Both the position numbers and the translations under genes were made by a program. From contig DF236950.1 of assembly GCA_000708835.1 (NCBI GenBank), positions 466,129 through 530,128 on the forward strand: a stretch of DNA of 64,000 nt, given 5' to 3'. Below, one piece after another: positions 35,305-48,425 of the stretch; the first letter of the stretch is position 1; every line of letters starts with the position of its first letter. Source of the DNA: Klebsormidium nitens. Taxonomy: Eukaryota > Plantae > Klebsormidiophyceae. Below the pieces are notes generated by a model. It worked only from the letters and a program-made list of their open reading frames with translations. It was not told the origin of the DNA and made no database searches.

Positions 35305-36883
35305 CCGTGCACCAGGGTAGCTCGTCGGCTGTTGTCGCTTAGGCGGATGAGGGATGGATTGATTCACCTGATGCATTATGCAGCCTGTGGATCCGAGGCA
35401 GGTAGCTTTTTGTTAAGCTGCCGAGAGAAATGCCCAAGTAAATTGAAGGTACCGGGTTTTCCAACGCCTGTACCCCGACATGCAACGTGAATTGGGACTC
35501 GATCAAGAGCTCGCACAATGATGTCAACTTGATTACATCCACAGCACCGTGACAAGGACACTAGTATGCCAAAGAGAATTCTCACTGGCAGTGCGACCAT
35601 TAATGGTCGCATGGGCTACCTGGAGTGATACATGTAGAGGACCTTCAAGCCGAAGTACGGAGGAAGGTATCCTCAGTCCGAAGCGAAGGAAGACCTGCGT
35701 ATTCTGTCCCGTCCTCAATGGCTGATTGAGGCTAAGGGGTTCATATGATGAATTTTCATTTCTCCCGGTAGTTACGCCATGATGAGGTAGCATGTCATCT
35801 GAGTCATGTTGCTTTGTCGCTGGTAATCGCTTGGTAACTAGAATAGAAACTTTTCCGATGAAGCCCGAACTCCGAAATATTGCTTGTTTCTGCGCCACAT
35901 GGGCGCCCAGGTGCCTAAGCGTGTACAAATAGAAGTGACCATGCAAAGTGGAAGTTGACCATCGACGATTAATTTGGACGTGAACTAGTCGGATCACATA
36001 AATGTGCGTTAACAAGAATCGACACTTTGATTGATTTGCATGCCATCTAGCTAGTAAGACATTGGACATGACTTGCAGCCGTAGCAAGCTGCAGAGTCAA
36101 CTCATTGTACCGTCCCGGTCTCACCGGCAGACTTTGCCTGATGGCTCTATGTGGCTCAGGGCGTTAATAAACCGTAAGTTACCATTGATGCTAATATATA
36201 AGCAGAAAGATTGGTATGTCTTATTTAGTTATGATATTGTATGCCAAGGGCCCCACATGCTTGGCTTGGTATCGTTGTTCATGTTAGTGACTCGCAGCAT
36301 GTCGCAATTTCCAGGTCGGGACTCGGGGTATACCGCGTTACACAATCCGCAGTGATTGCTTTGCTTGCAGCACAGTACGTGCTTGCAGCTCGACGTCAGC
36401 AAGTTCCGTGAGTTGTCAGGGATACATGAACAAAAGTGTTGTTCGAATTTAAAACCAAATGTTTTCCGTCTTTTCCAGCATCCACTCTCTCACACCACAG
36501 CGTCAATTCAGGACGTGCGTTCAAGTTTGACTCAGGAAGGTAGGCTATCACCAAACTTCGGCGTTTCGAAAATTCAGTTGGTGGAATCGCTTCAATTAGC
36601 GTCCACACACGTGCAGGCTTCAAATCCTGTATAACTATCATCAAAAATATTGCTCCACTTACCAAGAGGTGTCAAACCGTAAACGACCCGTGACATCGAC
36701 CATGACGACATGACCAACGAGTACCTTGACTTCAGTTCTCGTATCACTACCGCACCATTAAACTTCCAACTAACTACAAATTTGGTTGTTTCCGAGTCCC
36801 ATATCTTAGCAGACTGCGGCTTAATTGCACGTGCACAGGCAGTCTGCCGTGGCTCTGCTCCGGAACCCGCAGCGCCTCTGCGC

Positions 36884-39800
36884 CTAGAAGCCGCGCACCT
36901 GGGCGCACATGGTGCTCATGGTGTCGGGCGTCACGGTGGAGTCCGAGGACGAGAGGCCCAGCGCGTCGTGCATCGCGAAGTAGACGCGAGTGTTGTCCTG
37001 CAGCACCGCACAGCCCAGTCAGCGACGCTCTCAGACGTACTCCGACTCAAACGGGAGGGATGCTAAGTGTGAACGCCAGCGAAGCGTGACTCCTTAAGCT
37101 GTAGTATGTGGGGGCGAGATCAAAGAACCGGTCTCGGGAGCCCAAAATAACGGCAAAGCTTTAGAAATCACGACCACGACAAGCATCAGGAAGCCAGGCC
37201 GGAAAACACCCAAGAGGACCGACCGCTTTTTGTGCTGAAGGCCGACTTCCCGCTTGAAAGGCATGGAAGTAACTCACCTGCACTCTAGCCAATGCGATCG
37301 AGCCCGGGCCTGCGAGGGAAAGGCGTACAAAGTGTGAGTACTGGCGTCCGTGATGCAACAGCTGTGTTAGCACAGTATGCCACCGCCGGTTGGCAAGGAG
37401 AAGCGCAGAGGTTCTTAGACCAGCCTTCGATATCGGGGTTCCATTCCGCCGGGGTGTGTTCGGCCGAGTGCGGCGGCTCACCCTGGGCAAAGACGGGGAC
37501 GTCGGTGAGGGTGTGCACGCCCTGGCTCTGGGCGGGGTCCAGGTTGCCGTTCTGCGTGATGCCGCCAACGGAGTCCTTGGGGTTGGCCACGTAGTACGTC
37601 TGGGGCCGCGACGCGTTGAAGGTCGAAAAGTTGGAGCCGCCGGCCGGCACTGCCGGCGTGCGCACGCCAGACATCTTGACCTGCACCCCAGCCCAGGCTA
37701 CGTCAGCAGGGCGCGACTCGAGCAGGCGCAGGCGGAGCAGCCGCGCTGCTACTAAATGGTGAGACTGGTAAAGCAGCCACGCCGCAACCGATTAGTGAGC
37801 CTGGTAAGGATAAGACTCATAGCATGTATCCATCGCAACAATATTCTCGTGCATCTGATGGTCAGGGGCAACACCAGAACGACGATACATGAGGCAGCCT
37901 CTGGCCTTGACCAGAGCAGAGAAAGCGCAAGGCAACCTGCAGCTAAGGAGTAAGTCTGACCTGGAAGTTCTCGTTGAAAGGGGGGAAGTCCGCCACTCCC
38001 TGAGCCAGGGTGTAGCGAGGGGCCCACGTGTCGGGGAAGTTGTCCACCTACAAGACAGAGCAGGAGTCCGTCAGTGGGCCGCCCCTCGAGATCCCGGTCC
38101 ACGAGACTTATTCACTCCTCAAGGTTACTATAAGCTAACCCACTTCGTCTTTCTTGCTTGAGAAAGGGTAGGAGCCATCGCCTCTTCTAAACCCAACGAT
38201 CCGCTAATCGCTGGGGGCCACCGCTTTCCAACCGACATACAGCGTTCCATTAACGACTTTCTGAACGTTCGCTTGTTTACCAAGCTGAAAGGAAAAGCAA
38301 AGGTCGTCTCGATGCATCGAAGGGTTTTCGCTGATAAGAACTGCTGGCAGGCTGAGCGCTACAACAGGTGGGCGGCCTTACATCCTCGTTGGTGTATCCC
38401 GGGTACCCCGCCGCCTGGTACACGCCGATGGCCTTGCGCTTCTCCGCATCGCTTGCGTTGGCCGTCACCGCGGCGTTGAAAACTGCAACGATGCACGAAG
38501 AAGACGACGTTCCACGGTTAGGAAGGCTTGAAATCTGGACGCATGCCCTGTACCGTGGTGCAAACAGTAGGGGATGGTAAGAAACGTAGACCCGACTCAA
38601 CCAGTTCAGCTACGCTATGAATGAATTAGCGGCTGCACCCATAAGCAGGGCTGCCGGCTGTGGCGGAAGAGTGTGCCAGCTGGCAGGCGGCCGGGGCGGT
38701 GGTGCGCGCCTCACCCTGAGTGTCAACGGTACCCCACACGTCGTAGGCGTGCCCGTGGTCCGCGGTGGCGATGATGAGCGTGTCGTTGCCGCGCGCCGCG
38801 TTCCAGGCCAGAGCGTACCCAACAGCCTCGTCGAACTCAATCAGCTCGCCGAGCATGCGCTCCTACATGCACCACGACTAGAGATGAGCAAGCAACGTCG
38901 CTCTTGAGAGTCTTGTTAATTGAAGTGGTTGCTGCCTGTGAAGCAACGGACAACTTTTGTGGTCACACAACGTGTAGCTCAAAGACTTTGTGGCATACGA
39001 TCACCCACCCCACGTCCTCCCCTCCGCCACCCCGTGTCCCTCCTTCCTTCCTCCCCCCCTTCCCCGTCCCCCTCGACATCTTGCAACACGTGCGAGCGAG
39101 CTCGAGCGGCACTGCCTCACCCAGTCGAGGGCGTGCGCCATCTTGTCAACGGAGGCAGCCTCAACCATGAGGTAGAAGCCGTTGGGGTTCTTGGAGAGGA
39201 CCGACAGCGACACATTCACCATGTCCACCAGGCCGGGCTGGTCCGTGGCTGCGCGGCCGGACCCATCGGGGTACTCCTTCTGGGCAGCGATGTTCTGGGG
39301 GTACACGTTGCGGTCCACTGCACACACGCACAGAATAGAACGGCCTGAGCAATCGGGACTGCTGATTCGAGGGAGTGCAAAAGGGAAAGATATACAGACC
39401 AAGGCAAAGCACAGCGTGCGGCCATCGAGCTGTTCCATGTCCCCTGATTTCACCGATGCTTGGGGGAATGGGATAAGCGGTGCCCGAGACGGTTGCCAGG
39501 CTAGTAGGTGCCGACTCACGCCACTTGTCCATGTTGCCCTCGTGGAAGATGCCCAGCACCTTGGAGGCGCCCCCGGCGGCGGCCGCATACATGGCCGTCT
39601 TGTTGAGCGCAACGCTGTAGCCCTGCCCCGCGGCAACGCCGTAGTAGTCCTGTGAATTGAGCGACTTGGGCGCGTGGAAGTAGGCGCCGCCGCCGCCCAT
39701 GATGACCTCCATGTTGAGGCCCTTGCCGGACACCACGCTGAAGGCGCCGTTGCTGACGTTGGTCCCGAAGAACATCTGGTCCGTGATGAAGTTCTTGTCG

Positions 39801-42800
39801 TCACGGCGCCGCGTGCTGCGAGCAAGCGCGGCAGGCCCCATCAGCAGGCCGTCTGGTTACTAGATTCCCGGATTGGAACACGAGTTCCAATCAAAAGGAT
39901 ATGTTTCATAGTTTCATCTTTGAGAAAGCCCCTTTCATAAGTAGGGCTGTGCACCTGCCTCGAACACTCACGAATAGTGATGCAAAGAGTGTGCAGCGCC
40001 AGCTTACTGAGCGAAGACGGCGGCAGGGGTGGCATCCTGGATCTCAGCGGTGGAAACGACACCAACCGCCATCCCGCGGCGACGCTTGGCCTGCAATAGC
40101 ACGCAATGAGTGAGAAAGATGAAGGGCATGGTGAAATGAGGATTTATTTGCACAAGCCAAGACACAGACAGACGCAAGCTTCGAACCCATCTCGACCACA
40201 ACAAGCAGAAGCGGGTTCATGGCGAAGAGACACTGCAGATGAGCATCGGGGGTGCACCTGCTCCCCAATGGTCTCGATCTTGGCGTGCCCCAGGTTGTTG
40301 GAGGTGGTGTCAGCATACACCTGAAATGCAGCGAGCAAAGGGGAGAGGTCACTTGGGGCTGCCAGCATTGCCAAAGCCAGTTCTTGGAGAAACGGAACAA
40401 ACTCAAGAGTATGCAAGACAGGCACAACCCACAGTCGCCAAGCCTTTCTGCCACAGATAAAGTGTTGCTGCCATGATCATCAAGAAGAAAACCGTCCGAG
40501 AAGTTTGGCGATCAACACCGGAGCCGAACTTGGGAGGCTTCAACTAGACTCACGTTCAGCGCGTTCACCGCAGACTTGTGCCCAGTGTTGTAGGCCCTGC
40601 AAACCAAAGGCGTCAGACTTAGTCTGTTATTAGGCAACGACCGCTATCTTACAGCCCTTCTGAGAGAAACAAAGACCTGCAGTCGGCCCAAGCACGCTTG
40701 AATGAGGATGCAGTAAGCCTAAGCGCAGAGCATGGTCTATCTCCCTACACAAACTGGTCTAATCCCCTGCACAAAGTGGTCATAATGGCTATGCAGCTAT
40801 TCAGCAGAGGCGGCAGCAGCGGGGTGGCTCACGTTGCAGAGTTGGCAGAGTCCGTGATGATGGCATCGTATCCGCTGGTGTGCGCCAGGCCCACGTACGG
40901 CATGGTGTCCATGTACATGGGACGACGGAACTTGCCCGCAGCCTGTCCGCGGCTAACCTGCAGCGCACCACGCACAGTGAGGGAGATTTCGAAACCACAG
41001 GGGCCACATGAAGGAGCATGACGCAGAAGCTCCCAGCGTCAGGGCCAGCATACACATACTCCTAGGGACTCTCATGACCAGTGGGCCTCCTTCATGATGA
41101 ACATCAAAGGAGGAGTGAGACCAGCCAGAGTGACACCAAGAGCCTATTAGAGGCCGCAGAAGGGCACAGCCTGTGGTCACATGCAGGCTGATCCTAGCAC
41201 TGTCCTTACCAGCCTGGCTGCCGTGATCATAGGGACCTGCAAAGAGATGCAACGGCGTCAGAGCGTTGTCACTTTGATTCTTGGGTACTGGCTCCCACTT
41301 TGAAAGTCAATGTGCAGGCTGCGGAGGCAGGCCAGAACAGCACAGCTCTTGCGTAGTACACAGCAGATGACGGCCCCCAGCAACCACGCGGCATGGGCTC
41401 ACCGTCATGCCATCCGCAATGAACAGGATGACGTTGGTGGCTTTGCGGGTAGTGACGGGGCGGATGGTCCAGGACACCTTGGTCACCTGCCCGCCGGCAG
41501 TGGTGAGGGTGACCGTGTACGTGCCAGGGTCGGTGATCGTCACGTTGCGCCAGTACTCACCCACCGACTGCACACACCCCGCGAGAGCGTGTTAGCACCA
41601 ACGGGGGCCAGACAGGGAACCACCAGCAGAGCAGTCAAGGACAGTCTCAGATGCAGCAATGCCTGTGTCAGGGGGCAAGGGGCTTTGCCCTCACGTTGTT
41701 CCTGACGGTGGCGCCTGAGTAGTCGGACACATAGGTGTAGGTGTAGGGGCTGGAGCTGGTGTTGGTTACACCAAAGTAGGAGTCCAGGCTCTGGGGGGTG
41801 CCCGCCGCCCCATTCTGAATGGTCACGGTGTGGGCCGTGCTGCCGTTCATGGCGCTGTGCACCTCCACGCGGATGTCAAACAGAGCACCCGACGAGAACT
41901 CTGCACAGTGGGACCCAGGGGTCAGGCAACAAAACATCTGGCTAAAGCTGGTGTACCTGATGCGCATCTTGCTGTGCTGCAGCAACTGGGACTTTGGTTG
42001 TTTACAATCAGCTCTGCAAGTAAGGGGGGGGCTTGCAATTTCAGGTGGATTATCGATTGTGTAAGTGGGTTCTTGCTCTTCAGCTTCTTGAGCTCTGTAA
42101 GAGCCAACACCACAATGATGAAGCTTCCCCATGCCACCGAATGTTACTCGTCATGTGGTCACTCACACAGAGGAGACACTGGCTAATTTGGAAAGACCCC
42201 TTCTTCCCCAACCTTGCCCCCAAATCACCTCGACGCCCCCAAATCACCTCAACGCCCCCAAATCACCTCAACACCCCCAAATCACCTCAACACCCCCAAA
42301 TCACCTCAACACCCCCAAATCCCCTTGATGATAAGAACCCCCTCTGCCCCTTGACTCTGCTGCTATTGATACTAGCATCAGTCTTGTTCAAAACAATCTG
42401 ATATGCTGCTCGTAACTTCTACTGACCCCTCCCAGGGTCAACAATTACAGAAATTGCACGTCATCGCAAGTTTACATCTTGCTCAGAATTCAAGACACTG
42501 CTTTACAATATGGATAGGTTCAGACCAAGTGCCAAGAGGTGATCACAGTGGTAGTATTCACAGGATTTTTTGGCCCTTAACCAAGGACGGTTCTGGGCAG
42601 GTTAAAATCTGGTTATCTGTCCAGTAGCCAGACTTGGGCGTTAAACAGCCTCGGAACAAGGTTGAAGCCCCGGTAAGCTGTCCAATAACCCAACGCCCAA
42701 GTCTGGTTACCAGCCTGGTTAGCAGCCAAAACTTCCTGTGATTAATCCTGGCTGCCATGATTCAAGAAACCAGACTGGCAACATACAATCTTCAAGTACC

Positions 42801-43132
42801 ACAACGGGTAAAAGTCAATGCTCCAACAGCATTGCACCAATTCATCAGGACAAGCAGAGAGCAGCTGCCACATCAAGCGCATGCACAAATCCCCAGATGT
42901 AACGGATACTGCATCAGTCGAAAGTGTCAGCGTGCTGCTCGCCTGCCAGGTCGGTGGGCCAGATGCAGCCGCCGGACTGCGCATTGCAGCCTGGGTTGTC
43001 CAAGTACTGCCCGATGGTGGGAGTGAGGCCCAGGCCATTGGCGGAGGTGACGTTGGTGGTCCCCAGCTGGGCCAGCGCGGGGGGCAGCACAACGGCCAGG
43101 AGGCACACAGCGAGGGCGGCGCGCAGAGCCAT
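36884..43132 (-). CDS. Secreted alkaline phosphatase (AlkP/PhoA family) with N-terminal extension domain
   Basis: About 15 exons. Signal peptide MALRAALAVCLLAVVLPPALA. Motifs include NVILFIADGMT, catalytic TDSANSATAYNTGHK, STAEIQDATPAAVFAHTRRR, EVIMGGG, FYLMVEAASVDKMAH, TADHGH and GVHTLTDVP. It ends DNTRVYFAMHDALG...QVRGF*. Confidence 0.92.
42217..42320. repeat. 19-bp minisatellite (cccccaaatcacctcaaca) x ~5.5 in intron 1 of the alkaline phosphatase
   Basis: Period 19 is directly visible. The first two copies carry small variants (cgacg, caacg). Confidence 0.92.
42625..42709. repeat. 18-bp inverted repeat with 49-nt spacer (hairpin or mini-MITE) in the same intron
   Basis: tagccagacttgggcgtt (42625-42642) pairs with aacgcccaagtctggtta (42692-42709) with 1 mismatch. 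Confidence 0.7.
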
Positions 43133-45048
43133 GGTGCGAGGGAGATGGTCCCTGCAGCGGTCAGATCGTCCTTATCGGAGCTCCCTTACAAGTCACGTCA
43201 GCAGGCTCTGTTTGATCCAGATTTCTTGTGCCTTCGTTGTAAGAACGTAAATTTGACATCAAATACCTACTTCCATGGCCCTGGGTCAAGAGAAGAATCT
43301 TCTTTCTTCACAAACAGGATTGACGCCTTACTCCAAGCTGAATACCTACACAGCTTGGAGCATCTGTGGGTACCTAGTAGGTACCAATTACATTTTTGTG
43401 TGTTTCCCGTATACCTACCTGGCCGGGTGCTTCAGCCTTCAACTACCTAGGTACCTACCTAGGTACGCCTTTCTGGAATCTGCAGCACTGAATAAGCAAT
43501 GAGCATCCTGATTCCTACCTGCCTTGCCCTGCCATGCAGCAGTCCGACCACCGCCGAATGCGACTGCCGCTAGGTACCTGTAGCGTACATGCAGTAGCTG
43601 ATACCGGTAGGTACCCTCATGATCATACCTGCCTGCTATACAGCTCCTGAGTCCATCTTGCAAGGTCGAAATCTGGGATCGAAGTGAGTCCGCTCAGGTC
43701 CTCCTGTCGTTGCTTCGCCGGGCAGCCAAAATGGACGCAACGTGGGCCCGGAAGCCGTGCAACCGACCGCTCGGACGGGGCAGGGCCCTACGGCACCGGT
43801 TGGTCGACATGCACACCGAAGTGTGAACACTACGATGGCGTGAAGTGTTGACATCAGCCTTCGGGAATCTTGGAGCTTTTGAGGGTGGCAGCTGATCTCA
43901 TCATTGGAATCCAGCTCGTCACTTCCACGAAAAGATTCCTCAGGTAATGATTAGAACTTCGGTGTTCGACGCTTTTGCGGCTGTGGGGAAACTAAACATT
44001 CAAGCAATCAGACCCCTGGAAAAGTGCTCCACCACGCGAATCTATATCAGCCAATCACAAGGCCCTGCTTGGGATCATCATAAAGATTCCAAGCAAGCCG
44101 CACTTTGCCGTACGCTCGGTACACCTTTACCGACTTCCCATGTGATTCCTAATACATCATGATTTTTGCACGCGCAACTTGAAGGCCCGGTCGTAATCTT
44201 GAAAATTAGATTTAAGTTGCATGAAAATAAAGAGGCAGGACTATGATGTATGGGCTCCAACCAACAAATCCTAACCCAGCGATTTACCTACTCGCTCCGA
44301 GCCCGTCCACACCCTAACCTACCCGCTAACCCCCCACTGGTTCAAGGCTGGCGCTCATTATTCCCATGACAAAATAAATCTAGTCCGAGCTCCCGGTTTG
44401 TGCCTGCTGAGTCAGAGGCCGCCATATGTCCTCCGGCCGGCCTCAACTTCAAGCTAGTCCAGAGTGATTGGCATTTCTGCAGAGCCAGCCGGCCGAGTCT
44501 CCGAGTATGGTAGGTACTCGGCTTGGACTACCTATACCGGTACCCAGAAATTAGAATGCTGACTTCCAAATTTTGATCCCTAGACTAGTCTAGACTAGTC
44601 ACTAGTGCCACAGCCTGTAGGTACCTAGCTCCAGGAAGACCCATTGTAGAATTCGGCCCCCGCATAAGGAGAAAGGATAAGCACAACCAACTGAACCCTG
44701 CTGTCAAGAACTTGAAAAGTTGAGCTGCGCCGGACAGCATTGGTTATATGGTCTCCATGTCCACGTCCTCTTGCTTTGATAGATCTGCTTGCGGTAACGA
44801 CAAGTATTTAACTCTCTAGTTTGTTGTTGCTGTGCACCGGAACGAAGCGTAGGGACGCGCTGAGAGATTGGGCCAGCTTGCTGCGTCTCAATCACCAGCT
44901 TGTAATGCAGTGGGCAAACAAGAGGACACAAAAGGATAGTGCATGCGCCGGCAGGCTCTGATTGGACTTACAACCGCTCTGTTTTGGAGGGAACCTACTT
45001 TTCGTCGGATTGAAAGCAGGACATCAGGTCCTTGCTCTGCTGATCAAG

Positions 45049-48000
45049 ATGAGTGCTGTAAGCACGCTGGTGGGCCTTGTGCTGTTGTTGGGCACCACAG
45101 GTACGATTACTGCCCTTGGATCACCAGGTTTGCTTCGACGATCATCTTCTCAGGTAAACAGTAGTCGAAGTCATTGTCTGAAAACTAGCATCAGTCCTTG
45201 GTAAGTACTGCCCAGGCAGAGTTGTTAGGTCTTGGCTTCGTGAGGGCAATCTGGCAGAGTTTCTTTCTTTGAAGCTGACGCAGACATGTCGTCCCGATTG
45301 GAATCTGCTGACAGCTTTTGCTGCTTCGCCCCTGCCACCAGTTTGCCCTGCCGAGGCCCAGCTAGCTGCGCCGCATCACCACAGACGGCTGCACCAAGCA
45401 GGGGGTAAGTGACTGGTCACTGAACTGCAACGAGGTACCCTGGTCGGGTTGTCCCCTTGCCAAAGCTTGGGTTGGATTCTGTTCTCTGCAGGCCTTAGGA
45501 CGGAGCCATGTGCAAACCAAATTTCTGAAAGCGCCGGGACTTCTTATATGGCGGGACGACTAGCTTGCATGGGGTAGTGAGGACATGGTTTTGCATGACT
45601 TTCAATTTCTGTATGTGCATGTATTCTCCAGGAAACCCCACTAGGAAGGACACTGTGAGAGTCGCTGAAGTGCCGCTGATGCCGCTGCTTACTCTACCAC
45701 ACCCTACTTCTCTGTGCCTGCAGCGGCGCCCGCCCCCGTGGGCCAGGTGTGCTCCAACGGCCTGGTGTGTCCGGAGCACCAGCGCTGCGACACCACGCTG
45801 CTGTCCGGCAACGACGGCACCCAGGCGGTCATCCAGTGCCTCTGCGTGACCGGCTACAACGGCTCCGAATGCCCCAAGCCCTTCACGGTGCCCCCAGCCC
45901 CCACCGATGGCCCCGTTGCACCGTTGCGGCCAGCTGCAGGTTGGTATGCTTACTGCTGAGACAGCACGGTTCGGAGTCACTTCTGCCAGCTGTTTACCGT
46001 GTTCTTCGTACAGATGGCTTCAAAGATGCCTCCGGAAGCTCAGACTGTGAGCCAACGTACCGCCTAGATTGCGAGAAGGCGCATTCTGATATTTTGCGTG
46101 AAGTGAAACCTTGTGGTTGAGGTCCTGACTATGTTGTTATTGACAGCTTATGGCAATGTTATCTATCATCAGGATGGTTCGACTCGAAATAGCTCGGAAA
46201 GCAATCTTTGCAAAGCGGTTCGCATTATCTCGAACTTGAGGCGTCTTTGCTCTTCGTTCGTGGTTGAAGGAGTGAGACAGATTACCGGGAGCTCCTTCTT
46301 ACCAGGTTGTGTCGGTGGGATCAAGTGCCCAATGTTGCGCTGGTTGTCCATGTAGGGTGATGTAGGTAGCATCGGGTGGAGTTCAACGAGCAGATACTCC
46401 GGAGGAAACTCGTTACGGTACTTTGTGGTTCTCCAGAGCATGGACATGTGCGTCGTGAAATTTCCATTCCGATATTTTATTGTGCAACACTGCCACACAC
46501 CGCATCAAATCAGCCATTTATGTAGAGCTGTTGAGGAAGCCTATATTCCTGGCCGCAATCTTCTTACTATCTTGGGTTAAACTCTGGTCTGGCAGTGTAC
46601 CTCCCTCTGTTTTTTCTCTCCCCACGCACGACCTTACCCCACCCCCCCTCCCGCATGCCTGCAGTGGCGCCCGCGCCCGTGGGCCAGGTGTGCTCCAACG
46701 GCCTGGTGTGTCCGGAGCGCCAGCGCTGCGACACCACGCTGCTGTCCGGCAACGACGGCACCCAGGCGGTCATCCAGTGCCTCTGCGTGACCGGCTACAA
46801 CGGGCCCGAGTGCCCCAAGCCGTACACGGTGCCCCCACCGCCGACCACTGCCCCAGTAGCGCCCGCTCCACCAACAAGTAAGCTGCGGTTGGGGCTTGGA
46901 CGAGCAGTATCGAATGGATTTGCCGAAATGTGGGCGTCAACGCTCGGGCTTGCACTACTCAGCCTGCCACCGTCAGGCTGACGACTGCATCCCAGGAACG
47001 AGCCTTGCCACTGCTAACAAATCCGCCCTTGACGTGCTTGCGTACCCCTGTGGTAGGTACTGCCAGCAGCGCCGCCGCGGCAGCTGCCACGGTGGCCTCG
47101 CCGGGGTCCTCGTCATCCGCGCCTAAGGGGGGCTCCAGCGGACTAGGGGTGAGGGATGCCCGCTTCGTTTCCCCTCTGTAATGAGTCTGCCCATTTTGGC
47201 CCCCACAAGTTGCGGATAAGACACGGACGTATTAAGGTGGAGACGGTCTGGGGTGTCCAACCGGTTGAAAGAGAAGTTGGACCAAGACATGTTTCTATGC
47301 GGGGCCGTGCCTCTGTTTCGTCCTTCCTGCCCGAAGACGTGCTTGAACACTGTGAACGTGGTGCATTTCCGCCCAGTCTTGAATGTCATTAACTCTACGA
47401 GACTTCTTGTCATGAGCTGCTCTTTCCAGGATGTGCAGCATAGAAGAGGTCATTTGCACCTCTGCGCGTCCCTAATAGGTGGAAGGCCACACCACTTCGG
47501 GGTTTGAAAGCGTACATAGGGGGAGATTACTTCTGTTTTTGGACCTTGCAATCCCCGCTTTAGCTCGTGGGGCGTGAGGGTCAAGACTTTCTTAGATTGG
47601 AACTTTTTCAGGGACTTTGCACTAGACTTGTGATGCGCGGCAACTCTTAACCAGATCAATCTCGGGCCCGTGCTATCATGAGAGACCGCAGCATGCAGCG
47701 CGGTTGACTCTTGGCAGACTTCTGGGTTGGGCTGCGGTCAGCGTTGTGCCTGGTCGGCCCGGCACCGCCAGCAGGCTGCCTCCCGCAGCTGGGCCTTAGT
47801 GGCTGTCCCTCCGGCTGTGCCAGCGCGGACCTGGCAGCCCCCAGTACCTCTGCTCGGACACGGCCAGTTTTGATGCCCTCGTCGAAACAGGATGCGCTTT
47901 GCCAGGCCGCTTCGGGAAAGTATCGCCCTCGTGACCTCGAGATGATGAGTCCGTTGGAGATGGGAAAGATTCACCGCCCGTCGAGGCTACGCTCGTAAAC

Positions 48001-48425
48001 TCGTGCTTGCTGTAGGCTTCTCCCCTATGGATGCACCACTGGCAGGTATTGGCACGCCAGAGAGGGCCCGAGGTGCTCACGTCCCCTGGCCCCTCATACG
48101 AGACTCTCACATTTGGAGAGTCTACGGGGGCTTGACAATGAACTGCGTGGGCGTCTCTCACGCTTGAGGAGTTGAACGGTGACTCCCGTCGCGACCTGCT
48201 CCACTGAGCCCCTCTGGTGTGTGCGTGTCTCCCCAGGTGGGCGCCATCGTGGGAATCGTGGTGGGGTGCGTGCTCGGGGTGGGCCTGCTGGCGGCGGGTG
48301 TGCTGTACGGGATGCGGCGGCGGCGGGAGGAGCGGAAGGCGGTCGAGTTCCAGGACTTCCATCACGCACACCACAGTATGGACTCCCACCAGCAGCCGGC
48401 CGCGCCAACGGCCCCGGAAGCATGA
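45049..48425 (+). CDS. Type I membrane protein with two tandem EGF-like domains, Pro/Ser-rich stalk and short cytoplasmic tail, ~274 aa
   Basis: Exons 45049-45100, 45342-45404, 45724-45939, 46665-46877, 47057-47148 and 48237-48425 total 825 nt in phase. It has a signal peptide, then two copies of CSNGLVCPExQRCDTTLLSGNDGTQAVIQCLCVTGYNGxEC. The TM segment GLGVGAIVGIVVGCVLGVGLLAAGVLYG is followed by RRRR. Confidence 0.85.
45727..46840 (+). repeat. Near-identical duplicated coding exons (~45727-45896 and ~46668-46837)
   Basis: About 7 nucleotide differences over ~170 nt. The flanking introns share only the last 9 nt (tgcctgcag). Confidence 0.93.

Noticed and set aside
35745-35806. C-box-like ATGATGA and D-box CTGA about 55 nt apart
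   Set aside because: There is no convincing terminal stem or recognisable rRNA-complementary guide, so it is not called a snoRNA.
46169-46498. 109-aa minus-strand ORF with an internal KYRN repeat between the duplicated EGF exons
   Set aside because: It is intronic, has no recognisable transposase or other domain, and its length is compatible with chance.
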